From positions 1 through 64,000 of the forward strand of contig JAHPZE010000010.1 of the NCBI GenBank assembly GCA_019058365.1: DNA of 64,000 nucleotides, in the 5' to 3' direction. The stretch's first letter is position 1. Each line of letters opens with the position of its first letter. This DNA is from Promethearchaeota archaeon. Its GTDB lineage: Archaea; Asgardarchaeota; Lokiarchaeia; Sigyniarchaeales; SOKP01. Positions 20,887-31,099 of this stretch are shown piece by piece. The translations under genes and the position numbers were made by a program. The notes beneath the pieces were generated by a model. It saw only the letters and a list, made by a program, of their open reading frames with translations, was not told the origin of the DNA and searched no databases.

Positions 20887-23348
20887 AATGACATCTTGTT
20901 ATCTAAATAAAAAAGTGTATCAGTTCTACCTCTTAATTCCTTTATAGTTTTCATATTAAGGGCGTTTAAAATTTGGCGCAATTGAATAGCCCATGCTTTT
21001 CGAAGATTTATTATGCGTTCTTTGCCCCAGTGAGGATCAATTAAGCAAGCAAATTTAGGATCTGTAGTAGTTATACCTGATGGACATCCATCTCCCTTCT
21101 CACACACTGCAAGTCGTTCACATCCTAATGCTACTAAATCTGCTGTACCCACCATTGCACCATCAGCTCCTAATGCAATTGCTTTAGCAATATCGTATCC
21201 CGTACGAATTCCTCCAGATGCAATAAGGACAATTTCCTCTCTTATTCCTTCTTTTGTGAGAAAGTTATGAACTTTTGGTATTGCATATTCAATAGGCATT
21301 GCTATATTTTTTTTACTTACTTCTGGAGCTGCACCAGTTCCACCGTATGAACCATCAATGTTCACAACATTAGCACCAGCATAATAACTACCAACTGCCA
21401 CCATATCAACATCTGTAGGAGTTGAAACTTTAACAATTACTAGAGCTTCTGGATTTACCTGTCTAATCCAATCAATATGTTTCTTATGATCTTCTACTGA
21501 ATAAACACTATGGAAGGGGAATGGTGAAAATAGACTTATTCCTGCTACAGATTCTCTAGCATTAGCAACAGCTTCAGTCACTTTTCCTGCAAGTAAATGT
21601 CCTCCTAAACCAGGTTTCGCTCCTTGAGCATATTTAAATTCTATAACTGGAGTTCTTTGAATTGAATCTTCACTCACACCAAACAAACCAGTGGCAACTT
21701 GAGTTATAACATGTTCTTTATAAGGTATTAATTCTTGAGGATAGCCACCTTCACCTGTAGACATGAAAGAGTCGAGTTCTTGAGCAGCCATCGCTCGCGC
21801 AAGCATCACATTCAGAGAAATTGAACCAAAAGACATCCCTCCTGAATAAACAGGCATAGGAATAGCTATTTTGGGTCCTTCAGAGCGCAGATTTAAGGGA
21901 ATTGATAAATCTATTGATAGATCATCCATTATTTGTTTTTCTTTTTCTTCAAAAATGAATGCTAGACGATCAAACCCTCCTGCACTTCTACCTATTCGAT
22001 ATCCAAGACTTTTTGGTAAGAGTCCTGTACGTGCTTGCTCAAATGTTGCTTGAATTAATTCAAGTGGCCAACGGCAATCTCCAACGCTTAATTGTTCAAG
22101 AGGTGCTAAATATCCTGATTTTGAATTTATCCTTACTGATTTAAATAAATCTCTAAATTTTGCCTTCTCCTCTTTATAAAAAATTGCCCTGCCAACTTCT
22201 CCTCTAATTCTTCTAATTTCTCTAATTCCCATAGCACCAAGAATTTCAAGAAGCTGATCCCTCCAAGCTGCTATCGTATTTTTTAATCTATTAAGAGTCC
22301 AATTTAAATCGATTTCACCATATTCAGCTACACAAGGAAAGGATAAATCAGCCCATAACGAGCATCCGAGAGAAATTAATAGTACGTAGTCTATTGCAAT
22401 ACAGTCAGCCCCACATATCATAGCTTTTGCAACATGCTCTGCAGCTGCTATACCACCACTAGCTATAATACTAACAGAATTGCGACATTTTTCATCAATA
22501 AGAAAATCGTGGATTCTTTTTATAACTGTTGGAATATCTCCCACTTTACTTTTTCCATAAAAATCAAAGTTCAAATGTATGATATCTATTCCATTTCTGG
22601 CTAGAGATATGACTTTATTTTCAATCCCCTCTTCTACTGGAAGATAAATTGAACATATAATATTAGGAACAATCTTCTTCACTGTCTTCATTAGACAAAA
22701 ATCTTCAATTTCAACCATTTTTGCTTTTCGAATCAAATTTTTTTCCAATTGATTTGGTTTACTATTCAATCGTAAACAAATTGCTTTAGAAAATGGTAAA
22801 AAATCATCTGAAAAGTCTGATTGAGGGATTATTGCAATTGTACCTAATGAGTATGCTGCTTTTATAATAGATATGATTTTTGTTTTGTCTTTTGAAATTA
22901 AAGGAAGAGGATTAAAAATAATAGGAAAAGGAAGTTTTAGGAGAGATGGATGTTTTTTTAAAAGTTTTTTCTCTTTATCAAAATTTAAATTCAAGGACTT
23001 TCGACCTAATTCAATAACAGTGGAAATATATTCTCTTCCGTGAATTCCATCCCTAGTAGGGCGTACTATTTCTGACATGTCAAACCAAATAGCATCAAAT
23101 CCCTCTCCAGCAAAAGATCCGCCATAACCTGCACCAGATACTGGAATTTTCCCTGTTTCAGCTTGGTATAAAATCTGTGATATAATTTGAGGAGACCAAT
23201 ACTTTTCTGGAGTAAAATATTCTCCAAATCCCAATTGCCCATAATGAACATAATCAGATTTTTCAGTTAATTTAAATTTTGAACTCTTTAATAATTGAGG
23301 TGTATATACTCTAGGGATTGAAAATCTCCAATTCTTTATGTCTTCCAT
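20883..23348 (-). CDS. Glutamate synthase FMN-binding protein, two GltB2-like domains in tandem
   Basis: ASGG-type FMN phosphate motif occurs twice (ASGGIAA, ASGGIRTG); MSFGSIS, TGEGG, QVATGLFGV, KYAQGAKPGLGGHL, C-x5-C-x5-CP cluster motif. Confidence 0.85.
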   Translation of the reverse strand: MEDIKNWRFSIPRVYTPQLLKSSKFKLTEKSDYVHYGQLGFGEYFTPEKYWSPQIISQILYQAETGKIPVSGAGYGGSFAGEGFDAIWFDMSEIVRPTRDGIHGREYISTVIELGRKSLNLNFDKEKKLLKKHPSLLKLPFPIIFNPLPLISKDKTKIISIIKAAYSLGTIAIIPQSDFSDDFLPFSKAICLRLNSKPNQLEKNLIRKAKMVEIEDFCLMKTVKKIVPNIICSIYLPVEEGIENKVISLARNGIDIIHLNFDFYGKSKVGDIPTVIKRIHDFLIDEKCRNSVSIIASGGIAAAEHVAKAMICGADCIAIDYVLLISLGCSLWADLSFPCVAEYGEIDLNWTLNRLKNTIAAWRDQLLEILGAMGIREIRRIRGEVGRAIFYKEEKAKFRDLFKSVRINSKSGYLAPLEQLSVGDCRWPLELIQATFEQARTGLLPKSLGYRIGRSAGGFDRLAFIFEEKEKQIMDDLSIDLSIPLNLRSEGPKIAIPMPVYSGGMSFGSISLNVMLARAMAAQELDSFMSTGEGGYPQELIPYKEHVITQVATGLFGVSEDSIQRTPVIEFKYAQGAKPGLGGHLLAGKVTEAVANARESVAGISLFSPFPFHSVYSVEDHKKHIDWIRQVNPEALVIVKVSTPTDVDMVAVGSYYAGANVVNIDGSYGGTGAAPEVSKKNIAMPIEYAIPKVHNFLTKEGIREEIVLIASGGIRTGYDIAKAIALGADGAMVGTADLVALGCERLAVCEKGDGCPSGITTTDPKFACLIDPHWGKERIINLRKAWAIQLRQILNALNMKTIKELRGRTDTLFYLDNKMSL

Positions 23349-23426
23349 TTTTCAAATTCATATTGTGCAATTAAAGGTTTAAGATGAAGTATGCTGCAAT
23401 TTTTATAAAAAAATAAATGATTGATG

Positions 23427-24776
23427 TTATAATCGGATATATCTATCTCTTTCCCATTCGCTTACTACAACCCGGGAAGCATCATATTCTTCAAGCTTAG
23501 CGTAATAATAATTCTTAAATGCTAATTCTCCAAATACTTCTTTCATAAGCTCTGAATTTCTGAAATATTGTAAAGCTTCATGTAAACTTCCTGGCAATGA
23601 TATAATCCCTTCTTTTTCCATTTCTTTAGAAGATAGATGGTATACATTTCTATCCGTTGGGTCAGGAATATTAATATCTTCTGAAAGAATACCATCTAAT
23701 CCAGAAATTAAAAGTACTGCAAATTGGAGATATGGATTCCCCGAAGGATCTGGACAACGTATTTCAACTCTAGCAGCACTTGATTTATTATGAAAATCTG
23801 GGACTCTAAGTAATGGAGATCTATTTCGAAAACCCCAAGCAAGATAGACGGGGGCTTCATATCCAGGGACTAACCTTTTGTATGAATTAGGCCAACTACT
23901 TAAAACTGCACACATCGGAATTGCATTTTTTAATTGTCCCGCAATCCATTTTTTCATTAAAATTGAAATATTATCTTTGTCATTTTCGTCATAAAAAACA
24001 TTATTTCCATTCTTCCAGAGAGACTGGTGCACATGCATTCCAGAACCATTAATTCCCTCGAATGGTTTTGGCATAAAAGTCCCTATTAGGTTATGTTGAG
24101 CAGAGACAGTTTTCACAATAGATTTAATTGTAATAGTATTATCTGCTGTATTAACAGCTTCACCATAACGGAAGTCTACTTCATGTTGTCCAAATGCAAC
24201 TTCATGATGTACACATTCAACAGAGATTCCCATAGCATCACTATATTCTGCTATTCTATATCTTATCATTTCATTAATATCATAAGGATCATAGTCGAAA
24301 TACCCTCTCATATCTGAAGGTTTGAATGCTTGTTGAGTATCTGGAGTAAGTATGAAAAATTCCATTTCTGGAGCACAATAATATGTATAACCATGTTCCG
24401 CTGCTTTTTTTACTGCTTGTTGTAAGATGTATCTGGGATCTCCTTCATATCTCTGGCCATCCGGCTTATAAATATCACAAATCACTCTCGCAACCTTATT
24501 TTGTTTTCTCCATGGTAATAGATAAAATGTACTTGGGTCGGGAAGTGCAACTTTATCGCTCTCCTCAATCGCTCCATAGCCTGTTATTGAACTTCCATCG
24601 AAATTCTCACCAATTTCAAAGATATCCTCAATTCTTTTTGAATTTATCTCGAAAGATTTAATAATACCATGGATGTCAGTAAATTGGAGATATATAATCT
24701 TTATATCTTCTTCTTTAACATTCTCTATTACAGTTTCACATAACTCTTTCCTTTTAGGATCAGTTTTATCAATCAT
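23427..24776 (-). CDS. glnA: Glutamine synthetase type I
   Basis: FDGSSI, PEMEFF, HHEVA.GQHE, FMPKP..G.NGSGMH, KRLVPGYEAP, NRS, EIRCPD. Confidence 0.97.
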   Translation of the reverse strand: MIDKTDPKRKELCETVIENVKEEDIKIIYLQFTDIHGIIKSFEINSKRIEDIFEIGENFDGSSITGYGAIEESDKVALPDPSTFYLLPWRKQNKVARVICDIYKPDGQRYEGDPRYILQQAVKKAAEHGYTYYCAPEMEFFILTPDTQQAFKPSDMRGYFDYDPYDINEMIRYRIAEYSDAMGISVECVHHEVAFGQHEVDFRYGEAVNTADNTITIKSIVKTVSAQHNLIGTFMPKPFEGINGSGMHVHQSLWKNGNNVFYDENDKDNISILMKKWIAGQLKNAIPMCAVLSSWPNSYKRLVPGYEAPVYLAWGFRNRSPLLRVPDFHNKSSAARVEIRCPDPSGNPYLQFAVLLISGLDGILSEDINIPDPTDRNVYHLSSKEMEKEGIISLPGSLHEALQYFRNSELMKEVFGELAFKNYYYAKLEEYDASRVVVSEWERDRYIRL

Positions 24777-24872
24777 TTTTTCTCTTAATATTGTTTTTTT
24801 CTTTTTATTAAACTCAAAGTTTTACAGTTAGTTATTAAGTAAGATTACTCCAGTTAAAATTCATTTATTATC

Positions 24873-25265
24873 TCATTCATAAATTAATGAGTTACTTGTC
24901 TCTCTTTCAAGGATGCTGGATCGTATAAATGGCAATTTTTTAACACTTGTCAATTGAGAAATTCCTGATTTTAAAATAAAGAAATTTCTATACCTTTTTT
25001 GTGAATTACAATTCCAATTATACTCATTTTTTGGTTTAAAATCAGCAAATTTAGGTTCAGATATAATGTTAATATACTCATCATCGAGTTTATATTTTCC
25101 AAATGTTAATGTATCAAATTCTAAAAAGACACCACAATTCCACTTTTTAGATTTACTCTCGTAATTATTTATTAATTCACTATAAATTGATTTGCTTTCA
25201 CAAATTGGGCATATTTTACTATCGTGGAAATACTCCTCTCCACAAATTGGGCATTTTAATGACAT
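24873..25265 (-). CDS. Zinc-ribbon protein, unknown function
   Basis: CPICG...CPIC at the N-terminus; directly upstream of glnA. Confidence 0.7.
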   Translation of the reverse strand: MSLKCPICGEEYFHDSKICPICESKSIYSELINNYESKSKKWNCGVFLEFDTLTFGKYKLDDEYINIISEPKFADFKPKNEYNWNCNSQKRYRNFFILKSGISQLTSVKKLPFIRSSILERETSNSLIYE

Positions 25266-25633
25266 TTTTAATCTCTTTTCAAATCTAATAATTTAAGTAA
25301 AAGGGAAAAGTTCCCTAATTTTAGTTCTTTAAATAATATTATGATCGAATATATAAAAATATTAACTTTTTCTAGCGCAAACGTTTACATTATTGGAGAA
25401 TAAAATCGTGCATGATATATAAGAATCTATAAAAAGTGATCAATCGCTAAATTTTGAGATTTTTGTCGAGATGAAAACTAAACATATAGATCATTTTTTA
25501 GCGTTTCTATGATCACATGCATGAATTAATATAAAAACCATATAACTATGAACAGAAGAAGTAAACACAAAAAGTTCAAACTGTAATTAAACTTTTAAAA
25601 AACTGAAATTCGCTAAACATAAAAGTTTATATC

Positions 25634-26368
25634 CTACCAATATTGAACGTTAATCCCTGAATTTCTCATATCTTCTAAACTTTTGATAGAGTCGTTATCA
25701 AACGGACCGTTATTATGAATTAATAATACCTTTAAGTGAATTAAATTATCTAGTCCTTTAATTTCTGTTATATTATTACTATTGAGATATAATTGTTCTA
25801 GATAGCTTAAATTATCGAGTTCTTTGATTTCTCTAATTTGATTATAAGCAAGAATCAGAATTTTGAAATTAGTTAGTGTTTCAAGTCCTTTTATAACTTT
25901 GATTCTATTACCACCAAGATCTAATTCCCTTAAATTGGATAAATTCTCAAGTCCTGTGATTTCTGTAATATAATCACTGCAGGACGTCTCTAAGGATTTT
26001 CTCAGTCGCAAAACCTCTAAATTTCTGAGATGATCTAAATTTTCGATTATAGAAATATTACTATCGGTAAGTTTTAAGATCTTCAGATTTGTAAGATTGT
26101 CAAGATTCTCAATTTTGCTTAGATGAGGACTGTCTTTAATTACTAAAGACTCTAAATTTTGTAGGTGATCAAGGTTTTCTATTTTTTCGAGATAAAAAGG
26201 TTTGCAATGTAATTTCTTCAAGTTTACAAGTTTTTCAAGACCTTCAATTTCATCGAAGTTTTTAATTTCAAATTCACGTGGAAGATCATATGGAAGACGT
26301 AATTCTCCATTTTTTACTTCGATCTGAATTCCTTTATATAAAACAAACTCTTCTTTACTATTATTCAT
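25634..26368 (-). CDS. Leucine-rich repeat protein (Sds22-like)
   Basis: Repeated IEGLEKLVNLKKL / LxLxxNxIxxIxGL units. Confidence 0.92.
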   Translation of the reverse strand: MNNSKEEFVLYKGIQIEVKNGELRLPYDLPREFEIKNFDEIEGLEKLVNLKKLHCKPFYLEKIENLDHLQNLESLVIKDSPHLSKIENLDNLTNLKILKLTDSNISIIENLDHLRNLEVLRLRKSLETSCSDYITEITGLENLSNLRELDLGGNRIKVIKGLETLTNFKILILAYNQIREIKELDNLSYLEQLYLNSNNITEIKGLDNLIHLKVLLIHNNGPFDNDSIKSLEDMRNSGINVQYW

Positions 26369-26752
26369 AACTTCATGAAACCTTTTTTCATATTTAATTT
26401 TAAAAACCTTCGAAGTTAAGTGGTTTTTTTATTTATTCCATGAACTGATGCATGTCTTAATATTTGACCATAATAAATCACTTTATACAATAATTAATCA
26501 ATATCCTAAAAATCTCGAAATTGAATCATATTTAGTTCTTTTTCAAAAATATATAAAGAGACAACATATAATCAAGTGTAAGGGGAATTATTACTTGCAG
26601 ATAGAAAAGAAATTAACTGAGATCTATATTGATGATGAGAATTTTTTCCAAAGCAAATAAATATTGCTAAATCTTCCTTTTTTCTCAAATTCACCTTATA
26701 TACTGAACAAACCTATAATTTCCTGAAGCAAAACGAGTAATAACTAAGTTTA

Positions 26753-27514
26753 TTATGTAAAATGGGAATCCCTTATTTCACATTTAATTCTTCTGAGCTG
26801 AGGCCACAGCTCTCTTAAATTAGTATAAGGGATCTTTTTATTTAGATTTGAACAGATTGATGCGTTCATATCATAATTCACATGAAAGCTTAATATTCCT
26901 TGTTCGCATACAGAATTTTCCATACAGCCTTCAATCCAATAGTTTTTCCTGTAAGGGATTAGATCCCATTGAGTAAATGAAGATTCTGGTTTTTGACGAA
27001 TTAACAGTAGATTAGTGAAATTTACAAAGGTATGTTCTATATATTCAATATTCTCAAGACAGGTAACTATATGATTTATCCCTACAATACATCCTAAATT
27101 GTGGTAATAGTTAATAGCATCCTGAATTAATTTCTCATTTTTCCAAGTAGGATGGAGTTCGTCATAAGATATATGAATTCGATGTGGAATAATTGGTTTT
27201 TTTAAGATTCCATTCGTAGTGACCGCTATAAAAAAACCCAGATCCTTCCCTAAGTGAATAATTTTTTCTATATCTGGATGAAGCAAAGGTTCTCCTCCCC
27301 CGATTGCTATTGATGTCAACTTTAATTTTTTCCATTCTGTAAATAATAATTTAATTCGATTATAAGAGAGTTCTTTTTTCGGATCAGAGCTACTTCGGTA
27401 ATAACAGTTCTTGCAATCCAAATTACACTCATTAGTAATATAAAGATGTACTGATTTAGGATATCTTGGAGGATACCTGATGATCTGTAAATTTGGTTTA
27501 GTTAATTCTTTCAT
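26753..27514 (-). CDS. Radical SAM protein with C-terminal Cys (twitch/SPASM-like)
   Basis: CNLDCKNC, GGGEPLL, TTNG; C-terminal Cys residues. Confidence 0.9.
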   Translation of the reverse strand: MKELTKPNLQIIRYPPRYPKSVHLYITNECNLDCKNCYYRSSSDPKKELSYNRIKLLFTEWKKLKLTSIAIGGGEPLLHPDIEKIIHLGKDLGFFIAVTTNGILKKPIIPHRIHISYDELHPTWKNEKLIQDAINYYHNLGCIVGINHIVTCLENIEYIEHTFVNFTNLLLIRQKPESSFTQWDLIPYRKNYWIEGCMENSVCEQGILSFHVNYDMNASICSNLNKKIPYTNLRELWPQLRRIKCEIRDSHFT

Positions 27515-27536
27515 GATTTTAATCTTCTCTAAAATA

Positions 27537-28373
27537 TCAATACTTACTTCTTAATATTTGGCGATATTTTTCTTCAGCTTTTTTCTTCTCTTCTCCTTTT
27601 GGGACAATATGTCTCCATCCATCTCGTTTTAGGAATCCTGCTACAAGTAAATCCTCCCTATCGAATGGATCGGCTTCATATTTACCAGGAACGACATCTT
27701 CTAAAACCTTCTGGATAATATCGAGATGTGTAAGATATTCTTCATAGGAGTACATTTCTGAGGTCATTTCGTGAGTTGAGAATGCGAATCTAATTTCCGA
27801 AGAATGGAAAAATGCCTGAATAACACTTCGTTCATAATCAATATGATCATACCTTCCATTAGGTAATTTTGAATATTGCTCTTCCAATTTCCAAATAACC
27901 CCTAGGGAAGCACCATAAAGACTTGGAGGATTCTGATCTTGAAGAATGTTTATAAGATGCGAAACAGCTAACCGAATTCCATCTAATCCGGGAATAATAT
28001 ATTTAAATTCAACAGGATTTTCTATAATTCCCATTTCTACAGAAATTTTGAAGTCTTCCTTGAATCTCTTTATTGTATACTCTTTAGGCTCGACATAAAG
28101 ACTATCTAGCTTGTTTAATTCTGCTTCTTTACCTTGTTGCAATTGAAAATGAGGTCTGCCGTAATTAGAAGCATCCACTTTGGGAGTTGAATATATCTCA
28201 TTATTAAAACCATAAGAAAATTCCCCAATACGACTAACCGCTTCTGATTCGCATACACCTAGCAAAATTTGCAGAAGAATTAATCCCGACTCAGGATCAG
28301 GATAAATAGTACTGTGATATGAGGAACAATCAACTATTTCGGGATTTATTATCTTAAAAGTAATCTCTTTCAT
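27537..28373 (-). CDS. Hypothetical protein, paralog A
   Basis: ORF 278 aa; shares DCSS, PGL.GIR, DHIDYE and YL.HL..I.KVL...PG.Y motifs with its neighbour. Confidence 0.8.
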   Translation of the reverse strand: MKEITFKIINPEIVDCSSYHSTIYPDPESGLILLQILLGVCESEAVSRIGEFSYGFNNEIYSTPKVDASNYGRPHFQLQQGKEAELNKLDSLYVEPKEYTIKRFKEDFKISVEMGIIENPVEFKYIIPGLDGIRLAVSHLINILQDQNPPSLYGASLGVIWKLEEQYSKLPNGRYDHIDYERSVIQAFFHSSEIRFAFSTHEMTSEMYSYEEYLTHLDIIQKVLEDVVPGKYEADPFDREDLLVAGFLKRDGWRHIVPKGEEKKKAEEKYRQILRSKY

Positions 28374-28392
28374 AACATCACTCGATAAAGGT

Positions 28393-29424
28393 TTATAATT
28401 TCTTTTTGTGTTTCGTTTTCATAGCATCTACTAAATTCTTATAATGGTTCAAATCCATCTCCTCAAGGTAATTTAATTTTTCTCCACTTTCAGATTTTCT
28501 TTTTAGCTCAATATATTTTTGTTTAAACATTTCTTCTCCATTTTCATCTAGGTCGCGTACAAAAGAATCAGCCTCATACCGTTCGATATTTTGTTTAAGT
28601 TGCCCCTCATCCCCAGAGACTAATCTCCTTCCTTCTTTTTTTAGAATTTCATATTCAAGAAAATATTCCATTTCGTCTGGACCAGCCGTATACATTCCCG
28701 GCGCTATCTCATCAAGAACTTTTGTTATTGCATTAAGATGGTCGAGATAATATTCTGAGGTATAAATATCAAAACTATCTCCCCCAAAATTTCCGAATTC
28801 GAGTCCAATACCAGATGCAGTTGAACTCCCTCCAAAAGTATCATGCTCGTAATCAATATAATCAATTTTTCCATCTTTTGAAGTACGCCACTCTTTATTC
28901 ATACCCCAAACGACACTACTAGTAAACCCAAAATGTCTTAGTTTTAAATCTTTCAAATACGATGGAAGGTTATCTTTTTGATTGTTGTAAAGAGATTTAA
29001 TGTATTGTATAACCTTTCTGATGCCTTCTAATCCTGGATCAAGATAAAATGATCTTGTACATTTAAACATCCCGTATTTACCCTCAGAAGTTGGTTCCTT
29101 AATTCTATTTTTGGCATCTTCTTCTAATTCCACATAAAGCCCCGAGATTTTATTGCGTTCTGCTTTAGATCCTACTTGAAGATTGCATCTAGAAGTATCT
29201 TGTATGCCATCTATATCGTCCACAGCTAAAACCGCAGGGGATTGTAGTTCAATGTCATCTAACCAAAAATTAAAGTGACCAATCCGATAAATAACATCAG
29301 ATTCAAATATTTTTAATATCATTTCGAGCAAAATTTCCCGAGATTCTGGATTGGGAAAAACCGAATTAAAGCATGAAGAACAATCAATAATATCAATATT
29401 ATAAATTTTAAATATGAGTTTTAT
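28393..29424 (-). CDS. Hypothetical protein, paralog B (extended to ATA start)
   Basis: Frame open to ATA 29424; the extension IKLIFKIYNIDIIDCSS aligns with paralog A N-terminus MKEITFKIINPEIVDCSS; SD GAGGTG 7 nt upstream. Confidence 0.78.
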   Translation of the reverse strand: MKLIFKIYNIDIIDCSSCFNSVFPNPESREILLEMILKIFESDVIYRIGHFNFWLDDIELQSPAVLAVDDIDGIQDTSRCNLQVGSKAERNKISGLYVELEEDAKNRIKEPTSEGKYGMFKCTRSFYLDPGLEGIRKVIQYIKSLYNNQKDNLPSYLKDLKLRHFGFTSSVVWGMNKEWRTSKDGKIDYIDYEHDTFGGSSTASGIGLEFGNFGGDSFDIYTSEYYLDHLNAITKVLDEIAPGMYTAGPDEMEYFLEYEILKKEGRRLVSGDEGQLKQNIERYEADSFVRDLDENGEEMFKQKYIELKRKSESGEKLNYLEEMDLNHYKNLVDAMKTKHKKKL

Positions 29425-29849
29425 AGGTTAACACCTCATCTGTGATTTTTGTAGTGATAGATTTAAGCCTTTCTTTGAGTTTAGAATACATTGATTTCAT
29501 ATTTAAACCTTAGGATAATTTAGATTTTGTGAAATAATAGAAGAGTATGGATATTATTTACCGTACCTAATACTGAAAAAATCAAAAAGGATTAGGAAAG
29601 TTAAATTTGAAAAAATCATAGATATTTTGCTTAATAATTTCCAAAATTTGATAATCTAATATTTAATAAAAATTAAATACTAGAGTATTAAGTTTAATAA
29701 TATACTAAAAGTCATTAAAGAGACAAAAATATTAAGAAGACAAAAATATTACTCATAATGTGATTTTTCGCCATAGCTCGTATTCTCATTGGTTCTACGA
29801 ATAGTTATGGTGTGAATATAACAATCCCATCCTTGAGGGTGAAATTTTT

Positions 29850-31082
29850 TTGGAGATTAAAGAGTTATGGGAGTACAAGATTTTTCGAATTGGTATAATA
29901 ATTCATTTATTCTATTTTGTATTCTCAATTATTCTAACACTATTTTTTTTTAGACATCTTAGTGATTTTGAAGCTTATTATGCTGCAGCCGATGTTTTTC
30001 TACATAATATCCATAGTCTTTATACTATAGATAATATAATACCATTTAGATATTTCCCGATTACTGCAATTTTTTTTATTCCTTTTTATATAATGGGTTT
30101 TGATTTAGGTTTTCTTTTTTTTAATTTTACTAATCTAATATTGAATATTTTAATCTGTTTAATTATATATAAAATCATACTTCTCATTAATAGAGAAGAT
30201 TATGAGAAAGAAGAAAAAAATATTATTTCATTTTTATGTATTTTCTTAATGGGTTTATCTAACCTATATAATTATATTTTAGGGCAAACTACTCTATATG
30301 TTTCTTTTTTAATTTTATTATCCCTTTTCTTATTTCTTAAATATGAAAAAAATATTTGGAATTTATTAGCAAGTTTTATTTTAGGATTAAGCATAATGAT
30401 AAAACCTAATGCGCTTTTAGTAATTCCTTTTTTATTACTAATAAAATTTGATTTAGAAGGAAGAAACTTGCAATTTAATTTTATTAAAAGTTTAATCCGA
30501 TTATTTGGAGTTATAACTCCTGCTTTATTTAATTGTATTCTTTTTTTCTTATATCCCGATTTATGGCAAGGCTTTATGGAAATCAATTTAACAAGAAACA
30601 ATCCAATTATTTATAGTTTTTCTTTTAGTATTTCAAGACTTATTATTAACTTTTGTATTTTCTACAATATCCCAATTAATCAATTCTTTATTTTAATAGG
30701 AGTTCTAATTATAATTGGAGTATTAGGGTTCATAATATTTTTAATCAGGAGAATTGAGGAGAATTCTATTATATATGGGTATATTTTTGGAATTCTTATT
30801 ATGTTACTTACATATTTTGATTCTTGGGATCATCATTTACTTAACTTAACACCACTTTTAATTATTGCTATCTTTAATTTTCCTCATCACCAGAAAAATA
30901 AAATAATAATAAAATATGGTATTATATTTTTCAGTTTTTTTAGTCTAGTTTTTACAGGTATTTGGCGCTTAATATATCCTATATTTCCTTATAATTTTGA
31001 AACTACAGTCTCTCTAATTTTAGTATTTTATGCAATAAGTAAATATTGCCTTATTAAACAGAAGAATAATACGGAGGTTTAA
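29850..31082 (+). CDS. GT-C membrane glycosyltransferase (GT87/DUF2029-like)
   Basis: Polytopic; DFEAYY, FRYFP, GQ, IKP, WDHH motifs. Confidence 0.8.
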   Translation: MEIKELWEYKIFRIGIIIHLFYFVFSIILTLFFFRHLSDFEAYYAAADVFLHNIHSLYTIDNIIPFRYFPITAIFFIPFYIMGFDLGFLFFNFTNLILNILICLIIYKIILLINREDYEKEEKNIISFLCIFLMGLSNLYNYILGQTTLYVSFLILLSLFLFLKYEKNIWNLLASFILGLSIMIKPNALLVIPFLLLIKFDLEGRNLQFNFIKSLIRLFGVITPALFNCILFFLYPDLWQGFMEINLTRNNPIIYSFSFSISRLIINFCIFYNIPINQFFILIGVLIIIGVLGFIIFLIRRIEENSIIYGYIFGILIMLLTYFDSWDHHLLNLTPLLIIAIFNFPHHQKNKIIIKYGIIFFSFFSLVFTGIWRLIYPIFPYNFETTVSLILVFYAISKYCLIKQKNNTEV

Positions 31083-31099
31083 TCCATTGTAATAAAATA

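Noticed and set aside
25302-25316. Canonical NrpR operator
   Set aside because: Spacing is N3, not the GGAA-N6-TTCC consensus
26448-26660. 70-aa ORF, and similarly 33052..33324 and 9772..9957
   Set aside because: Low-complexity AT-rich sequence with no SD or motif; cannot be supported as genes
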